This document shows positions 1 through 12,566 of a DNA stretch of 64,000 nucleotides, one piece after another (position 1 is the stretch's first letter; each line of letters starts with the position of its first letter). This DNA is from Acidobacteriota bacterium. Lineage in GTDB: Bacteria > Acidobacteriota > Thermoanaerobaculia > Gp7-AA8. The notes under the pieces are model-generated. The model did no database searches. It saw nothing but the letters and a program-made list of their open reading frames with translations, and was not told where the DNA came from. The stretch lies in assembly GCA_019244185.1 (NCBI GenBank), contig JAFATB010000025.1, forward strand, positions 32,001 to 96,000. The letters run 5' to 3'. The position numbers and the translations under genes were made by a program.

Positions 1-1272
1 CACGATCTCCACGCGACGGTTCTGCGCGCGGCCGAGGCTCGTGTCGTTGGTCGCGAGAGGCTGCGTGGCGCCGAGGCCGGTGGCGGTGAGGCGTGAGGCC
101 TCGATGCCGGCGGCGGCGAGGTAGCTCTTCACCGATTCCGCGCGCCGCGCGGAGAGCTGCTGGTTGTGCTCGGCGCTCGCGGTCGAATCGGTGTGTCCCT
201 CGATCGTGATCTTCCAGGCGGCGTTCGTCTTGAGGATCGCGGCGAGCTTGTCGAGGGTTGGCTTCGACTCGGCGCGGATCTGATCGGAGTCGATGTCGAA
301 GTTGATCCCGTAGAGGCGGACGCGCTTCTGCTGTTCGAGCTCCGACTCGAGCGGATCCTTCAGCTTCCACGCCGCGCACGTCTGCGGCGTGCCGGACTTC
401 TTCGTGGCCTCGAGTAGCGCGATGGTCGGATGTTCGACGACCTTGCTGTCGGCGCGCCACCAGCCGCCAGCGAGGCGCTTGCCGTCGCCGCTGATGACGA
501 GCACCGCCGGACCCTTACCGTTCTCGCCGAAGTCGGCGGCGAACTTCAGCACGCGTCCTTCGATGCCGCCGACGAACGGCCGCTCGTCGATGCATCCCGC
601 GACGGTCGTGCCGTCCTGTTTGAGCTCGAACGAGCCGGCGGCGTTGAACGTCCATGAGCCGGTGACGCTCGGCGCGCTGTCGTGCGTCAGCCGGTCGCCG
701 TACGCTTCTAGCTCCATGATCTGCACGATGTCGCCGCTCTGCACCGACTTCGCCGTCACGCGCAGCCAGCGGCCGGGCACCTGCGCCGTCACCGGGAACG
801 CGCGGCCGTCGAGCTCTTCGGGCGGCAGCTGCAGATCGGCGATTGTTTGAAAGCCGCTGTCCGGTCCCGCGTCCGACATCTCGAGAAGCAGCTCCTTCGG
901 ACGCCGCGACTCGATCTCGTCGTTCTTCGTCGCGAAGCGAAACTCGTGAATGGTGCTGCGGTCGCCGAGCTCGATGACGACCGGCTCCGCGAGCTTGTCG
1001 CTCGTCCAGCCGGTGCGGTCGTCGCCGTCGAGCATGTAGTACGGATCGCCGAGCGACTCCGGCTTCACGGCGATCGTCGCGCCCGCGGCCATCGAGGCGA
1101 GGTTCTCCTGCTGTTGCGCGCTCGTCGACGCTGTCGCTGTCGATGGCGCAGCGGCAGCAGACGATGTCGTCGCGGCGCTCTCGGTCGCGGACGACGACGA
1201 GACCGCGGATTCGTGACGCGCGCACGCGAGGACTGCGGCGCAGCCGAGCGCGAGGAGAGCGAGCTTGTGCAT
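1..1272 (-). CDS. OmpA-family lipoprotein with N-terminal discoidin/F5/8-like domain (3' end runs off window)
   Basis: Not in ORF track; translated by hand from ATG at 1272. MHKLALLALGCAAVLAC lipoprotein-like signal, then the C-terminal OmpA motifs GINFDIDSDQI, IEGHTDS, NQQLSARRAESV and NRRVEIV. Confidence 0.85.
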   Translation of the reverse strand, partial: MHKLALLALGCAAVLACARHESAVSSSSATESAATTSSAAAAPSTATASTSAQQQENLASMAAGATIAVKPESLGDPYYMLDGDDRTGWTSDKLAEPVVIELGDRSTIHEFRFATKNDEIESRRPKELLLEMSDAGPDSGFQTIADLQLPPEELDGRAFPVTAQVPGRWLRVTAKSVQSGDIVQIMELEAYGDRLTHDSAPSVTGSWTFNAAGSFELKQDGTTVAGCIDERPFVGGIEGRVLKFAADFGENGKGPAVLVISGDGKRLAGGWWRADSKVVEHPTIALLEATKKSGTPQTCAAWKLKDPLESELEQQKRVRLYGINFDIDSDQIRAESKPTLDKLAAILKTNAAWKITIEGHTDSTASAEHNQQLSARRAESVKSYLAAAGIEASRLTATGLGATQPLATNDTSLGRAQNRRVEIV

Positions 1273-1306
1273 AGGCTCGCGAGAATAGCGGGCGCGCCGC
1301 GATTTG

Positions 1307-1855
1307 TCAGCGCTCGCGTTGCGCCGCCTCGCGCAGCTCCGCGAAGAGCGTCACGAGCTGCGCCGGCTGATAGTTCGCATTGAGGCCGCTCGGATTCGGC
1401 AGCACCCAGATGCGCGTCTTGCCGATGCTCTCGTCCTGCAACCCCAGCTTCGCGCGCGGTCGCCCGAACGCGGTTCGATACGCGCCGATGCCGACGATGG
1501 CGAGATAGCGCGGCGCGAAACGCTTCACTTTCTGCTCGAGGATCTCGCCGCCCTCGACGAGCTCCTCGTTCGTCAGCTCCGCCGCGGCCGCCGTCGCGCG
1601 CGCGACGAGGTTCGTGATGCCGCAGCCGTAGCGCAGCAGCTCGAACTGCTCGCTCGGATGGAAGAGCCGCGGCGTGAAGCCGGCGCGGTGCAGGACGGGC
1701 CAGAAGCGATTGCCCGGACGTCCGAAATGCTGCTGCACGGCGGCGGTGTAGAGACCGGGATTGATCCCGCAGAAGAGGACGTCGAGATCGGGAGCGATGA
1801 CGTCGGGAAGGGTCTTCCCGGCCGCCGCTGCGAGTTCCGTCTTGCTCGGTCTCAG
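1307..1855 (-). CDS. mug: G/U mismatch-specific uracil-DNA glycosylase
   Basis: Frame upstream of the listed ORF reads LPDVIAPDLDVLFCGINPGLY...HFGRPGNRFW, and the LPNPSGLN motif follows. Start uncertain; probably CTG at 1855 overlapping the upstream TGA. Confidence 0.9.
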   Translation of the reverse strand: MRPSKTELAAAAGKTLPDVIAPDLDVLFCGINPGLYTAAVQQHFGRPGNRFWPVLHRAGFTPRLFHPSEQFELLRYGCGITNLVARATAAAAELTNEELVEGGEILEQKVKRFAPRYLAIVGIGAYRTAFGRPRAKLGLQDESIGKTRIWVLPNPSGLNANYQPAQLVTLFAELREAAQRER

Positions 1856-3666
1856 AAGTTGAACGCCAGTCCGCCGATGTACTTCTTCGCGTGTCCCTCT
1901 TCCTGCAGCGTGTCGACGAGGAACGGCGAGTTCTCCGCGCGCGCGAGCTCGAGGCCGAGAAGCAGCTTGATGTCGATCGGCAGATAGAGCGACTGCGCCA
2001 TCTGCAAGTTCACCCGCGCCGTGCGGTACTCCCCTTCGCTCACGCCGCGCGGCTGCTCGATCTCGCGATACGACACCGCGAGCGTCGTGCGCGTCGGCGT
2101 GAACGTCGACTGCAGGTCGCCCGTGACGTAGTTCTTGCGCTGCTCGTGCAGCGACGCCTCGCGCGGCGTGGCCGTGCCGGCGCTCGTGGCGACGTCCACC
2201 GCGAAGCGGTTGCCGATCTCACGTCGATACGCGACGCGCACGTCGCGGCGCACGTCGCCCGTGTCGACGTACAAGCCATCCCAGAACTGATCGTCGGCGT
2301 CGTTGAACACCACGCGCAGCGGATCGTCGACCGCGGTCACCGTCGCAATCGCGGAGAAGCGGTTCTTCCGATCCTTCCCCGTGACGAATCCGAACGTGTA
2401 CGCGTACCTCGGCAGCACGCGTCCGTCCTCGGACCAGTAGACGAGCGTCGGCATGTCGACGCCCGCGGCGGGATTGCGGTCGAGCACTTTCACGAGCGCC
2501 GAGGCGACGACGGAGGTGTGCTCCGTGATCTTCCACTCCGCGCCGGTGCGCGGCGCCCATTCCTGCCGTTCCATGCCGATGCGGCTGGCCATGCCGTAGT
2601 GCACCATGAGCGACGGCACGATCGAGAGCGTGCCGTCGGCGGAGACGTCGGCGGTGCGGAAGATGTTCGCCGCGCCGATGCTCGTCTGCGCGCCGACGCT
2701 CTCCTGCGTCACGCGCAACGCGACGCCGAGGTCGCTGCGGCGCGTCTGCAGGACGGTGGTGTTGCCGCCGATCTCGATGAGATTCGACGAGCCGTTCGAC
2801 GCACCGGAGGGCACCTGCTCGCGGAAGAGATTGTCCTGCTCGAGATAACGGACCTGCACCTTCGCCGGTCCGTGCTGCCATTCGAAGTTGTGCGCGGTGA
2901 CGTCAGCCTGCTGCTCGCCGGCGACGTCGTCGGTGTAGATCCACGAGCTGCGCGTCGACGCGACGCGATACGAGTCGGTCGGCGACGAGCGGAGCTCCAT
3001 CGACATGACGCTCGACTCCGCGACGGGAGTGCCGAAGCGCGTGTCGTCGGTGGGATCCTCGAAGCGCTGGACGTTACCGCGGATGCCGACCTGCCACGAG
3101 TCGCCGATGCGCCCTTGCACGCCGACCGCCGTCGCCGCGAACGCGGGGTTCGCGACCTGGTTCGAGACGCCGGTGAGCGACCTCATCTCGCCGCGGAAAC
3201 GCGGGATCTCGTACGTGGCCATGGCCATCGGAGCGGCGAGCACGTTGTCGAGCTCGCGCAGGACGTCCGGAGGTAAGGAGCCGCGGAGCTCCCAGATCTC
3301 CTGATTCGCGTCTTTCCGGCGTGCCGTCTGTTCGGACTGCAGCTTGAGCGCGACGCGATGGCTGGACTTCGTCGGAACGATGGTCGCGATGGCGGGGATG
3401 AAGCCCTGCTTGACCGCGATGATCTTGTACATCCCGGCGCGCAGCGTGGGCATGATGAACGAGCCGTCGCTGCCGGAGTAGGTTTGGGTGGCGTTGAAGT
3501 CGTGGAGGTTGAGCGCGATGACGAGGGCGTTGGCGACGGGACGCGCGGCGTTCGTGACGGTGCCGAGGACTTGCAGCGCCGCGGGCAGCGGCGCGTCGGA
3601 GCGGGCAGGAGCGGCGACGACGACCACGATCGCGGCCGCAAAGGCTAGAGCTCGAATCCGGCGCAT
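1852..3666 (-). CDS. Secreted protein with carboxypeptidase-regulatory-like domain and probable outer-membrane beta-barrel
   Basis: GGAGGA RBS, then signal peptide MRRIRALAFAAAIVVVVAAPARS. GTVTN..PVANALV..SDGSF..L..G.Y domain; C-terminal GGLAFNF with terminal Phe. Confidence 0.65.
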   Translation of the reverse strand: MRRIRALAFAAAIVVVVAAPARSDAPLPAALQVLGTVTNAARPVANALVIALNLHDFNATQTYSGSDGSFIMPTLRAGMYKIIAVKQGFIPAIATIVPTKSSHRVALKLQSEQTARRKDANQEIWELRGSLPPDVLRELDNVLAAPMAMATYEIPRFRGEMRSLTGVSNQVANPAFAATAVGVQGRIGDSWQVGIRGNVQRFEDPTDDTRFGTPVAESSVMSMELRSSPTDSYRVASTRSSWIYTDDVAGEQQADVTAHNFEWQHGPAKVQVRYLEQDNLFREQVPSGASNGSSNLIEIGGNTTVLQTRRSDLGVALRVTQESVGAQTSIGAANIFRTADVSADGTLSIVPSLMVHYGMASRIGMERQEWAPRTGAEWKITEHTSVVASALVKVLDRNPAAGVDMPTLVYWSEDGRVLPRYAYTFGFVTGKDRKNRFSAIATVTAVDDPLRVVFNDADDQFWDGLYVDTGDVRRDVRVAYRREIGNRFAVDVATSAGTATPREASLHEQRKNYVTGDLQSTFTPTRTTLAVSYREIEQPRGVSEGEYRTARVNLQMAQSLYLPIDIKLLLGLELARAENSPFLVDTLQEEGHAKKYIGGLAFNF

Positions 3667-3734
3667 AGTCCTCCTCCGTGCTGTTGTCGAACAACGCCGC
3701 CCGTCACGCCCGAACTTCCCCGGCGATGGTACCT

Positions 3735-5168
<1,434 letters not shown>

Positions 5169-5189
5169 AATTGCGGGCGGAGTCTATCA

Positions 5190-5987
5190 ATGCACGAAGT
5201 CGAGCCGATCCTCGTCGCGGAGCGATTCGCGCCGCTCGATGCCGCGTTGCTCGCACTCCTGCGCTCGCTGACGCCCGACGAATGGCACGCGCCGACCGTC
5301 GCCGGCGCGTGGACGGTCACAGACGTCGCCGCGCATCTGCTCGACACCGCGCTGCGCCGCCTGTCGCTGCAACGCGACGGCTATCTGCGGCCCGTCGACA
5401 TCAACGACCTCGCGACATTCGTGAACGGCATCAACGCCGACTGGGTCAGCGTCGCACGCCGCATCAGTCCCGCGATTCTCATCGAACTGCTCGCGACCTA
5501 CGGCGCGCAGCTGACGCACTATCTCTCCTCGCTCGATCCGTTCGCGGAAGCGCAATGGTCCGTGAGCTGGGCCGGCGAGTCGACGTCCCGCCAGTGGCTC
5601 GACACCGCCCGCGAGCTCACCGAACGCTGGCATCACCAACAGCAGATCCGCGATGCGACGCACCGTGAGCCGCTCTACGAAGGTTTCCTCGAGCCCGTGC
5701 TCGATACGTTCGTCCGCGCGATGCCCTACACGCTGCGCGACGTCGATGCGCCGGAAGGAACGTCCGTCACGCTGCGCGTGACGGGCGTCGTCGACCGCGC
5801 CTGGACCGCCGTTCGCGAAGCGCAATGGACGCTTTACGCCGGCGCAGCAAGTGCGACGTGTACCGTAACGCTCGACGCCGATCGCGCCTGGCGTCTCTTC
5901 ACGCGACAACGCATCGCGCGCGACGCGCAAGTCGACGGCGACCCGAGCCTCGCAAGTCCGATATTGACGATGGTGTCCGTGATCTGA
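5190..5987 (+). CDS. Maleylpyruvate isomerase N-terminal (MDMPI/DinB-like) family protein
   Basis: W.APT.AGAWTV.DVAAHL and E.WHHQQQIRDA motifs. Confidence 0.8.
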   Translation: MHEVEPILVAERFAPLDAALLALLRSLTPDEWHAPTVAGAWTVTDVAAHLLDTALRRLSLQRDGYLRPVDINDLATFVNGINADWVSVARRISPAILIELLATYGAQLTHYLSSLDPFAEAQWSVSWAGESTSRQWLDTARELTERWHHQQQIRDATHREPLYEGFLEPVLDTFVRAMPYTLRDVDAPEGTSVTLRVTGVVDRAWTAVREAQWTLYAGAASATCTVTLDADRAWRLFTRQRIARDAQVDGDPSLASPILTMVSVI

Positions 5988-5990
5988 CGA

Positions 5991-6107
5991 GGAGCGCCTC
6001 CGGCGGGCCGGCGCGGCCGGCAGCGCTAAGGGCCAAGCCGAGATGCACGTGCCGGATAGGCTGAGCCCTTAGCGCTGCCGGCCGGGCCGGCCCGCCGGAG
6101 GCGCTCC
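5991..6107. repeat. GC-rich 117-bp palindromic element (43-bp arms) between convergent genes
   Basis: Arm 5991-6033 is the reverse complement of 6065-6107 with one mismatch; a half copy lies at 53343. Confidence 0.9.
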
Positions 6108-6121
6108 CGGTCACTCCCGGT

Positions 6122-7156
6122 CTAGCTCGCCGCCAACGCCGGCTGCAGCGCGCGGCCGAGGACGCGGGCGATCGCGTCGACTTCGCGTACGACCTGTTCG
6201 AACATCTCGGGCAGGAGCGCCTGCGGACCGTCGGACAGTGCTTCTTCCGGCTTGTGGTGCACCTCGATGAGAACGCCGTCGGCGCCGGCCGCGATGGCCG
6301 CACGCGACATCGGCAGCACCTTGTTGCGCTTGCCGGTGCCGTGGCTCGGATCGACGAGGATCGGCAGGTGGCTGATGCGCTTGATCGCGGGGACGACGGA
6401 GAGATCGAGCGTATTGCGCGTGTGATCGGCGAACGTGCGCACTCCGCGCTCGCACAGCATCACGTTGTAGTTCCCCTCGGACATGATGTATTCGGCGGAG
6501 AGGAGCAGCTCCTCGAGCGTCGCCGACATCCCGCGCTTGAGGAGGACCGGCTTGCGCGCGCGGCCTGCACTCTTCAGCAGCGAGAAATTCTGCATGTTGC
6601 GCGCGCCGATCTGGATGCAGTCGGCGTACTGATCGACGAGTTGCAGCGACTCGTGGTCGACCGCCTCCGTGATGATCGGAATGTCGAACTCCTCGCGGAC
6701 GCGCGCGAGGATCTCCAGCGCTTCCTCGCCGAGGCCCTGGAACGAGTAGGGAGACGTGCGCGGCTTGTATGCGCCGCCGCGCAGGAGCTGTCCGCCCGCG
6801 CGCTTCACGCGTTCGGCGATGGTGCGCGTCTGGTCGAGCGACTCGACGGCGCACGGACCGCCGATCACGATCACGCCGTTGCCGCCGACGTCGACGCCGC
6901 TGACGTTGATCACCGAATCGTCCGGCTTCGCCTCGCGGCTCACGAGCTTGTACGCGTGCGAGACCGGGATGATCTCCTTGACGCCGGGGAAATTCTCGAG
7001 GACCTGCGGGTCCGCTTTCCCGGCCGTGCCGGTGACGCCGATCGCGGTGCGGAACGCGCCCGGAATGGGATGCGCGCGAAAGCCCAGCTTCTCGATGTGG
7101 CGAACGACCGCTTCGATTTGCTCCGGCCGCGCCGCGGCCTCCATCACGACCAGCAT
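6122..7156 (-). CDS. aroF: 3-deoxy-7-phosphoheptulonate (DAHP) synthase, type I-beta
   Basis: GPCAVES, RGGAYKPRTSPYSFQG, QIGARNMQNF, DPSHGTG motifs; start MLVVM. Confidence 0.95.
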   Translation of the reverse strand: MLVVMEAAARPEQIEAVVRHIEKLGFRAHPIPGAFRTAIGVTGTAGKADPQVLENFPGVKEIIPVSHAYKLVSREAKPDDSVINVSGVDVGGNGVIVIGGPCAVESLDQTRTIAERVKRAGGQLLRGGAYKPRTSPYSFQGLGEEALEILARVREEFDIPIITEAVDHESLQLVDQYADCIQIGARNMQNFSLLKSAGRARKPVLLKRGMSATLEELLLSAEYIMSEGNYNVMLCERGVRTFADHTRNTLDLSVVPAIKRISHLPILVDPSHGTGKRNKVLPMSRAAIAAGADGVLIEVHHKPEEALSDGPQALLPEMFEQVVREVDAIARVLGRALQPALAAS

Positions 7157-7238
7157 TGAACGTTTCTCCCGCGACCGACTGATGCGGCTCGATCCGTCAG
7201 TATAATCGAGCGCTCGAAGCCGAGATTCCGGAGATCCG

Positions 7239-7961
7239 ATGAAGAAATCGCTGCTGCTGTTCGCGCTCGCCGCCTTCGCGGCCTCATCGTCGTTCGCGAC
7301 GTACGTCGTCATGCTGAAGGACGGCACGCGCTACCTCGCCAAAGCGAAGTGGACGGTGGTGAACGGCAAAGCCATCGTTCAGCTCGAAAACGGCCAGGCG
7401 CTGCAGCTCGATCCGTCGCTCATCGACGGACCGCGCTCGGAGCAGGCGACGAAGCTCGGCCTCACGAACGCGAACGTCATCGACCTCAACCCGAACATGC
7501 CCGAGGCGCAGACCACGACCGCGAGGCCCTCGCTGGGCTCGCAGATCAAACTGCGCAAGCCGGCGGAGAACGCCGCGACGCCGCCGCCGGTGAAATCGGT
7601 CACGCCGCCCGTGGCGACGAATCCCGGCGCGGTGCCGCCGGAAGTCATCGACCGCTTCGACCGCGCCTTCGAGAACGTCGGCATCTTCGAGAAGAAAGTC
7701 GTCTCCACCGGCGGCAACAGCCTGCGCGCGGATCTCGTCACGGACACCGAAGAGCGCGTCTTCAACGCCATCTCCGCGGCGTCGTTCCTCATGGTGCGCA
7801 ACGCGGGACAGAGCGTGCGCATCGACATGGTCGAGCTCTACATGCGCACGACGACCGGCGGGATCGCGGGACGCTTTCAGATGACGCGCGAGGACGCGGA
7901 AGCGCTCGACAAGCACACGATCTCGCAGCAGGAGTACTTCGTGCGCAAGGTCCTCTACTAG
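7239..7961 (+). CDS. Hypothetical exported protein
   Basis: Signal peptide, Pro-rich linker and GC3-biased codons; GGAG RBS. Confidence 0.75.
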   Translation: MKKSLLLFALAAFAASSSFATYVVMLKDGTRYLAKAKWTVVNGKAIVQLENGQALQLDPSLIDGPRSEQATKLGLTNANVIDLNPNMPEAQTTTARPSLGSQIKLRKPAENAATPPPVKSVTPPVATNPGAVPPEVIDRFDRAFENVGIFEKKVVSTGGNSLRADLVTDTEERVFNAISAASFLMVRNAGQSVRIDMVELYMRTTTGGIAGRFQMTREDAEALDKHTISQQEYFVRKVLY

Positions 7962-8356
7962 AGCGCGACGGAGACGCCGCCCCACGCCTCGGGCGCCACG
8001 TCCGCGATCGACTGCGAGAACGTCCACGCGTGTCCCCCGGGGTCGCGCGCCGTGTACTGCCGCTCGCCGTACGCGTGATCCGCCGGCTCGCGGACGATCG
8101 TCGCGCCCGCGTTCCGCGCGCGTGCGGCATGCGCGTCGACGTCGTTTACGCGCACGAGCACGCGGCAGCCGGGCGCGTCTCCTTCGACCACGACGATCGC
8201 GCAGTCGCCGGCGTTCATCTGCACGCGATGGTCGCCGATGGTGAGGCGCACCGTGAATCCGAACGCGTTCGCGAGCCACGCCGCGGCGTCGGTCACGTTC
8301 GCGTACGGCAGTTCCGGGATCACGGAGCAGTGAGGGATGGATCGGTTGCTCAGCAT
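7958..8356 (-). CDS. VOC/glyoxalase-bleomycin resistance family protein
   Basis: A..WL..AFGF, V.DVDAH..RA..AGA.I, YGERQY.ARDPGGH.WTFS motifs. Confidence 0.9.
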   Translation of the reverse strand: MLSNRSIPHCSVIPELPYANVTDAAAWLANAFGFTVRLTIGDHRVQMNAGDCAIVVVEGDAPGCRVLVRVNDVDAHAARARNAGATIVREPADHAYGERQYTARDPGGHAWTFSQSIADVAPEAWGGVSVAL

Positions 8357-9288
8357 CACTGCACGACCTCCGCACGGACATTCTTCCCGAACACCATCAC
8401 GTAACGAAAGTTGTGCACGTCCGGCGTCGTCACGACGTGCTCTCCCGGCGCGAAGACGACCGGCCGGAAGCTCCAGTCGATGAGGCCGAGCTCGGGGCGG
8501 ATGTTCGCGTAGCGCACGTTGAACGCGCGGCTCGCGTAGCGATCCGAGTCGACGACGAGCCGCACGCGGCCGCGCGTGAAGCCGAAGTCGAACGCCGTCG
8601 CGCGCCCGCGTTCCGGCACCGCGATCGCGATCCCCGCGCGCGTGCGGATCGCGGGGATGTAGCCGATCACCGGAAACGCCTGATGCGGCGCGAGCGTTTT
8701 CGACGGCGGCACGTCGGGCGCGCGGCGCGCGAGCGGCAGATAGTTCCAGCGTCCGATCGGCGGCTCGCCGAAGAGGACCGGCGTCTCCCAGTCCGCATCG
8801 ACGTCGTGCACGAGGATCTCCGGACGCCAGCGGCGATAGATGCGCCAGCTGGCGTCGGTCACGACCCAGTTCTCGGTCTCCGGCGCGATGTCGAGCGACG
8901 CGAGCAGACCGCCGACGCCCTGCGGTGCGCGCACGGTGATGACGATGCGGTTCGCGCCGGTGTGCACGAGCTCCGAGATGTCGTAGAGATCGAGCTCGCG
9001 CTGATCGCTCTGCAGCCTGCGTCCCGCGACCTCGCGTCCGTTGACGTAGAGCGTGTACTCCGGATCGCCGATCACTTTCAGCCGCGCGTAGACGCGCTTC
9101 TCCGGCAGCGTGAAGTTGCGCGCGGCGAAGAACGCCACGGGGTCGTTCGCGCTCATCGGCTGCCGCGCCCAGATCCACTGCGCGCGCCCGGTGACGTCGA
9201 GGAACTTCTGCGAGTAGACGCGATCGAGTCCGCTGAACGCCGCGGTGAACGCGAAGAGGAACAACAGGACGAGCGTCAGCCGCCGCAT
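8356..9288 (-). CDS. Exported protein with galactose-binding-like (rhamnosidase N-terminal-like) domain
   Basis: Signal/TM N-terminus; AQWIW, Y.LYVNG, YDI..L...G.N.I and TD.SWR patterns. Confidence 0.55.
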   Translation of the reverse strand: MRRLTLVLLFLFAFTAAFSGLDRVYSQKFLDVTGRAQWIWARQPMSANDPVAFFAARNFTLPEKRVYARLKVIGDPEYTLYVNGREVAGRRLQSDQRELDLYDISELVHTGANRIVITVRAPQGVGGLLASLDIAPETENWVVTDASWRIYRRWRPEILVHDVDADWETPVLFGEPPIGRWNYLPLARRAPDVPPSKTLAPHQAFPVIGYIPAIRTRAGIAIAVPERGRATAFDFGFTRGRVRLVVDSDRYASRAFNVRYANIRPELGLIDWSFRPVVFAPGEHVVTTPDVHNFRYVMVFGKNVRAEVVQ

Positions 9289-9328
9289 CAGGTCGCGGTC
9301 TTCCGCACTGATAGAATCCGCCGCCGGC

Positions 9329-10060
9329 ATGCGCAGCGTGATTGTAATTCCGGCGCGGTGGGCGTCCACGCGTTTCCCCGGCAAGCCGCTCGCGCCGATC
9401 GCCGGCGTGTCGCTCATCCAGCGCGTCTACGAGCGCGCCGCGCGTTCGCAACGCGCGTCCGCCGTCTACGTCGCCACCGACGACGAGCGCATCCTCGGCC
9501 ATGTCGCGGAGTTCGGCGGCAAGGTCGTGCGTCCGGAAGGCGACTTCCAGAGCGGCACCGATCGCATCGCCGCATCGCTGCCGATCATCGAAGCCATCGA
9601 GAAGGCGCCGTTCGATCTCGCGATCAACATCCAGGGCGACGAGCCGCTCATCGACGTCGGCACCGTCGACGAGCTCATCGCGCGCTTCGACAACGCCGTC
9701 ACCGGCATGGCTACCCTCGCCTGCCCGCTCGAATCGGACGACGAGTTCCACGCGCGGGACATCGTGAAAGTGGTCGTCGACGACTTCGGCAACGCCATTT
9801 ACTTCTCGCGCGCCGCGATCGGCTCGCGCGAGACCGCGCTGCGCCACATCGGCGTCTACGCCTATCGTCGCAGCGTGCTCGAGCGCTTCGTCGCGCTGCC
9901 GCCGTCGCCGCTCGAACGCGCCGAATCGCTCGAGCAGTTGCGGGCCGTCCAAGCGGGCTTTAAAATCTCCGTGTTACGGACAGCGAAGCCTCACCTCGGC
10001 GTCGACCGACCGGAGGATGTGGCGCGCGTGGAGAGCGAACTTGCCAGGCTGCAAGCGTGA
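9329..10060 (+). CDS. kdsB: 3-deoxy-manno-octulosonate cytidylyltransferase
   Basis: IPARWASTRFPGKPL, SGTDR, NIQGDEP, HIGVYAY, LEQLR motifs. Confidence 0.97.
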   Translation: MRSVIVIPARWASTRFPGKPLAPIAGVSLIQRVYERAARSQRASAVYVATDDERILGHVAEFGGKVVRPEGDFQSGTDRIAASLPIIEAIEKAPFDLAINIQGDEPLIDVGTVDELIARFDNAVTGMATLACPLESDDEFHARDIVKVVVDDFGNAIYFSRAAIGSRETALRHIGVYAYRRSVLERFVALPPSPLERAESLEQLRAVQAGFKISVLRTAKPHLGVDRPEDVARVESELARLQA

Positions 10061-10143
10061 ACTCGGAGGAAAGCGTTCGTGAGCGCAATGCTCACAGGAT
10101 TCGAGTCTCCGCACCCCCGCTCCCCTCATCCCCAATCAAAAGC

Positions 10144-11916
<1,773 letters not shown>

Positions 11917-11955
11917 GGGCCCGCCACAATCGGTTCGCTGCCGTGTCTACCTCTG

Positions 11956-12501
11956 TTGATTTGGAGGTGCACGGTGGAATCACCGGTGGCGGTCACGTCG
12001 GCGCAGCAAGGATCGAATCTGCGCCAGTCGCTCACGGAGCGCGGCGTGATCCTGATGAAGGAAAGTCGGCCGATCGCGTACGTCGCGACGCTGTACGGTC
12101 CATCGATCGAAGTCGCCGGGCACATTCTCGTCCGGCTCAGAAACTCCATTCGTCACATCTTCTATGGTGTGCGGCTTCAGTACGCGGAGACGGACACGCA
12201 CGCATCTGCCGCCTTCATCGATTCCGACGAAATCGATGAACTCCTCGGCGCCGTCGACTTCATCGTCACATCCGCGGATCGCATGGCGCACGACCGGCGC
12301 GATTACACGGAAGTGTCCTACTCCACCAATGACCACGTCACGTTCGGTTTCTACCAGCAAGACTCGAAGCAGCAGGCATTCGTGCGGTTCGACGGTCGCT
12401 TGATCCACATCGGCATCGAAAAGCTTCCGATCCTCCGATCCTCCATCGCCGACGCACGAGCTCACGCCGACACCCGGAAGATCGCATGGGAGTCGCGCTG
12501 A
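11956..12501 (+). CDS. Hypothetical protein (start uncertain)
   Basis: Open frame with a globular-looking sequence; visibly more AT-rich than its flanks. Confidence 0.6.
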   Translation: MIWRCTVESPVAVTSAQQGSNLRQSLTERGVILMKESRPIAYVATLYGPSIEVAGHILVRLRNSIRHIFYGVRLQYAETDTHASAAFIDSDEIDELLGAVDFIVTSADRMAHDRRDYTEVSYSTNDHVTFGFYQQDSKQQAFVRFDGRLIHIGIEKLPILRSSIADARAHADTRKIAWESR

Positions 12502-12566
12502 CGCGGCCCCGCCTCGCAACTCTGTAGATTTCCGGCCGCGCGTCCTCGCTCCCGTACAATCCCTCC

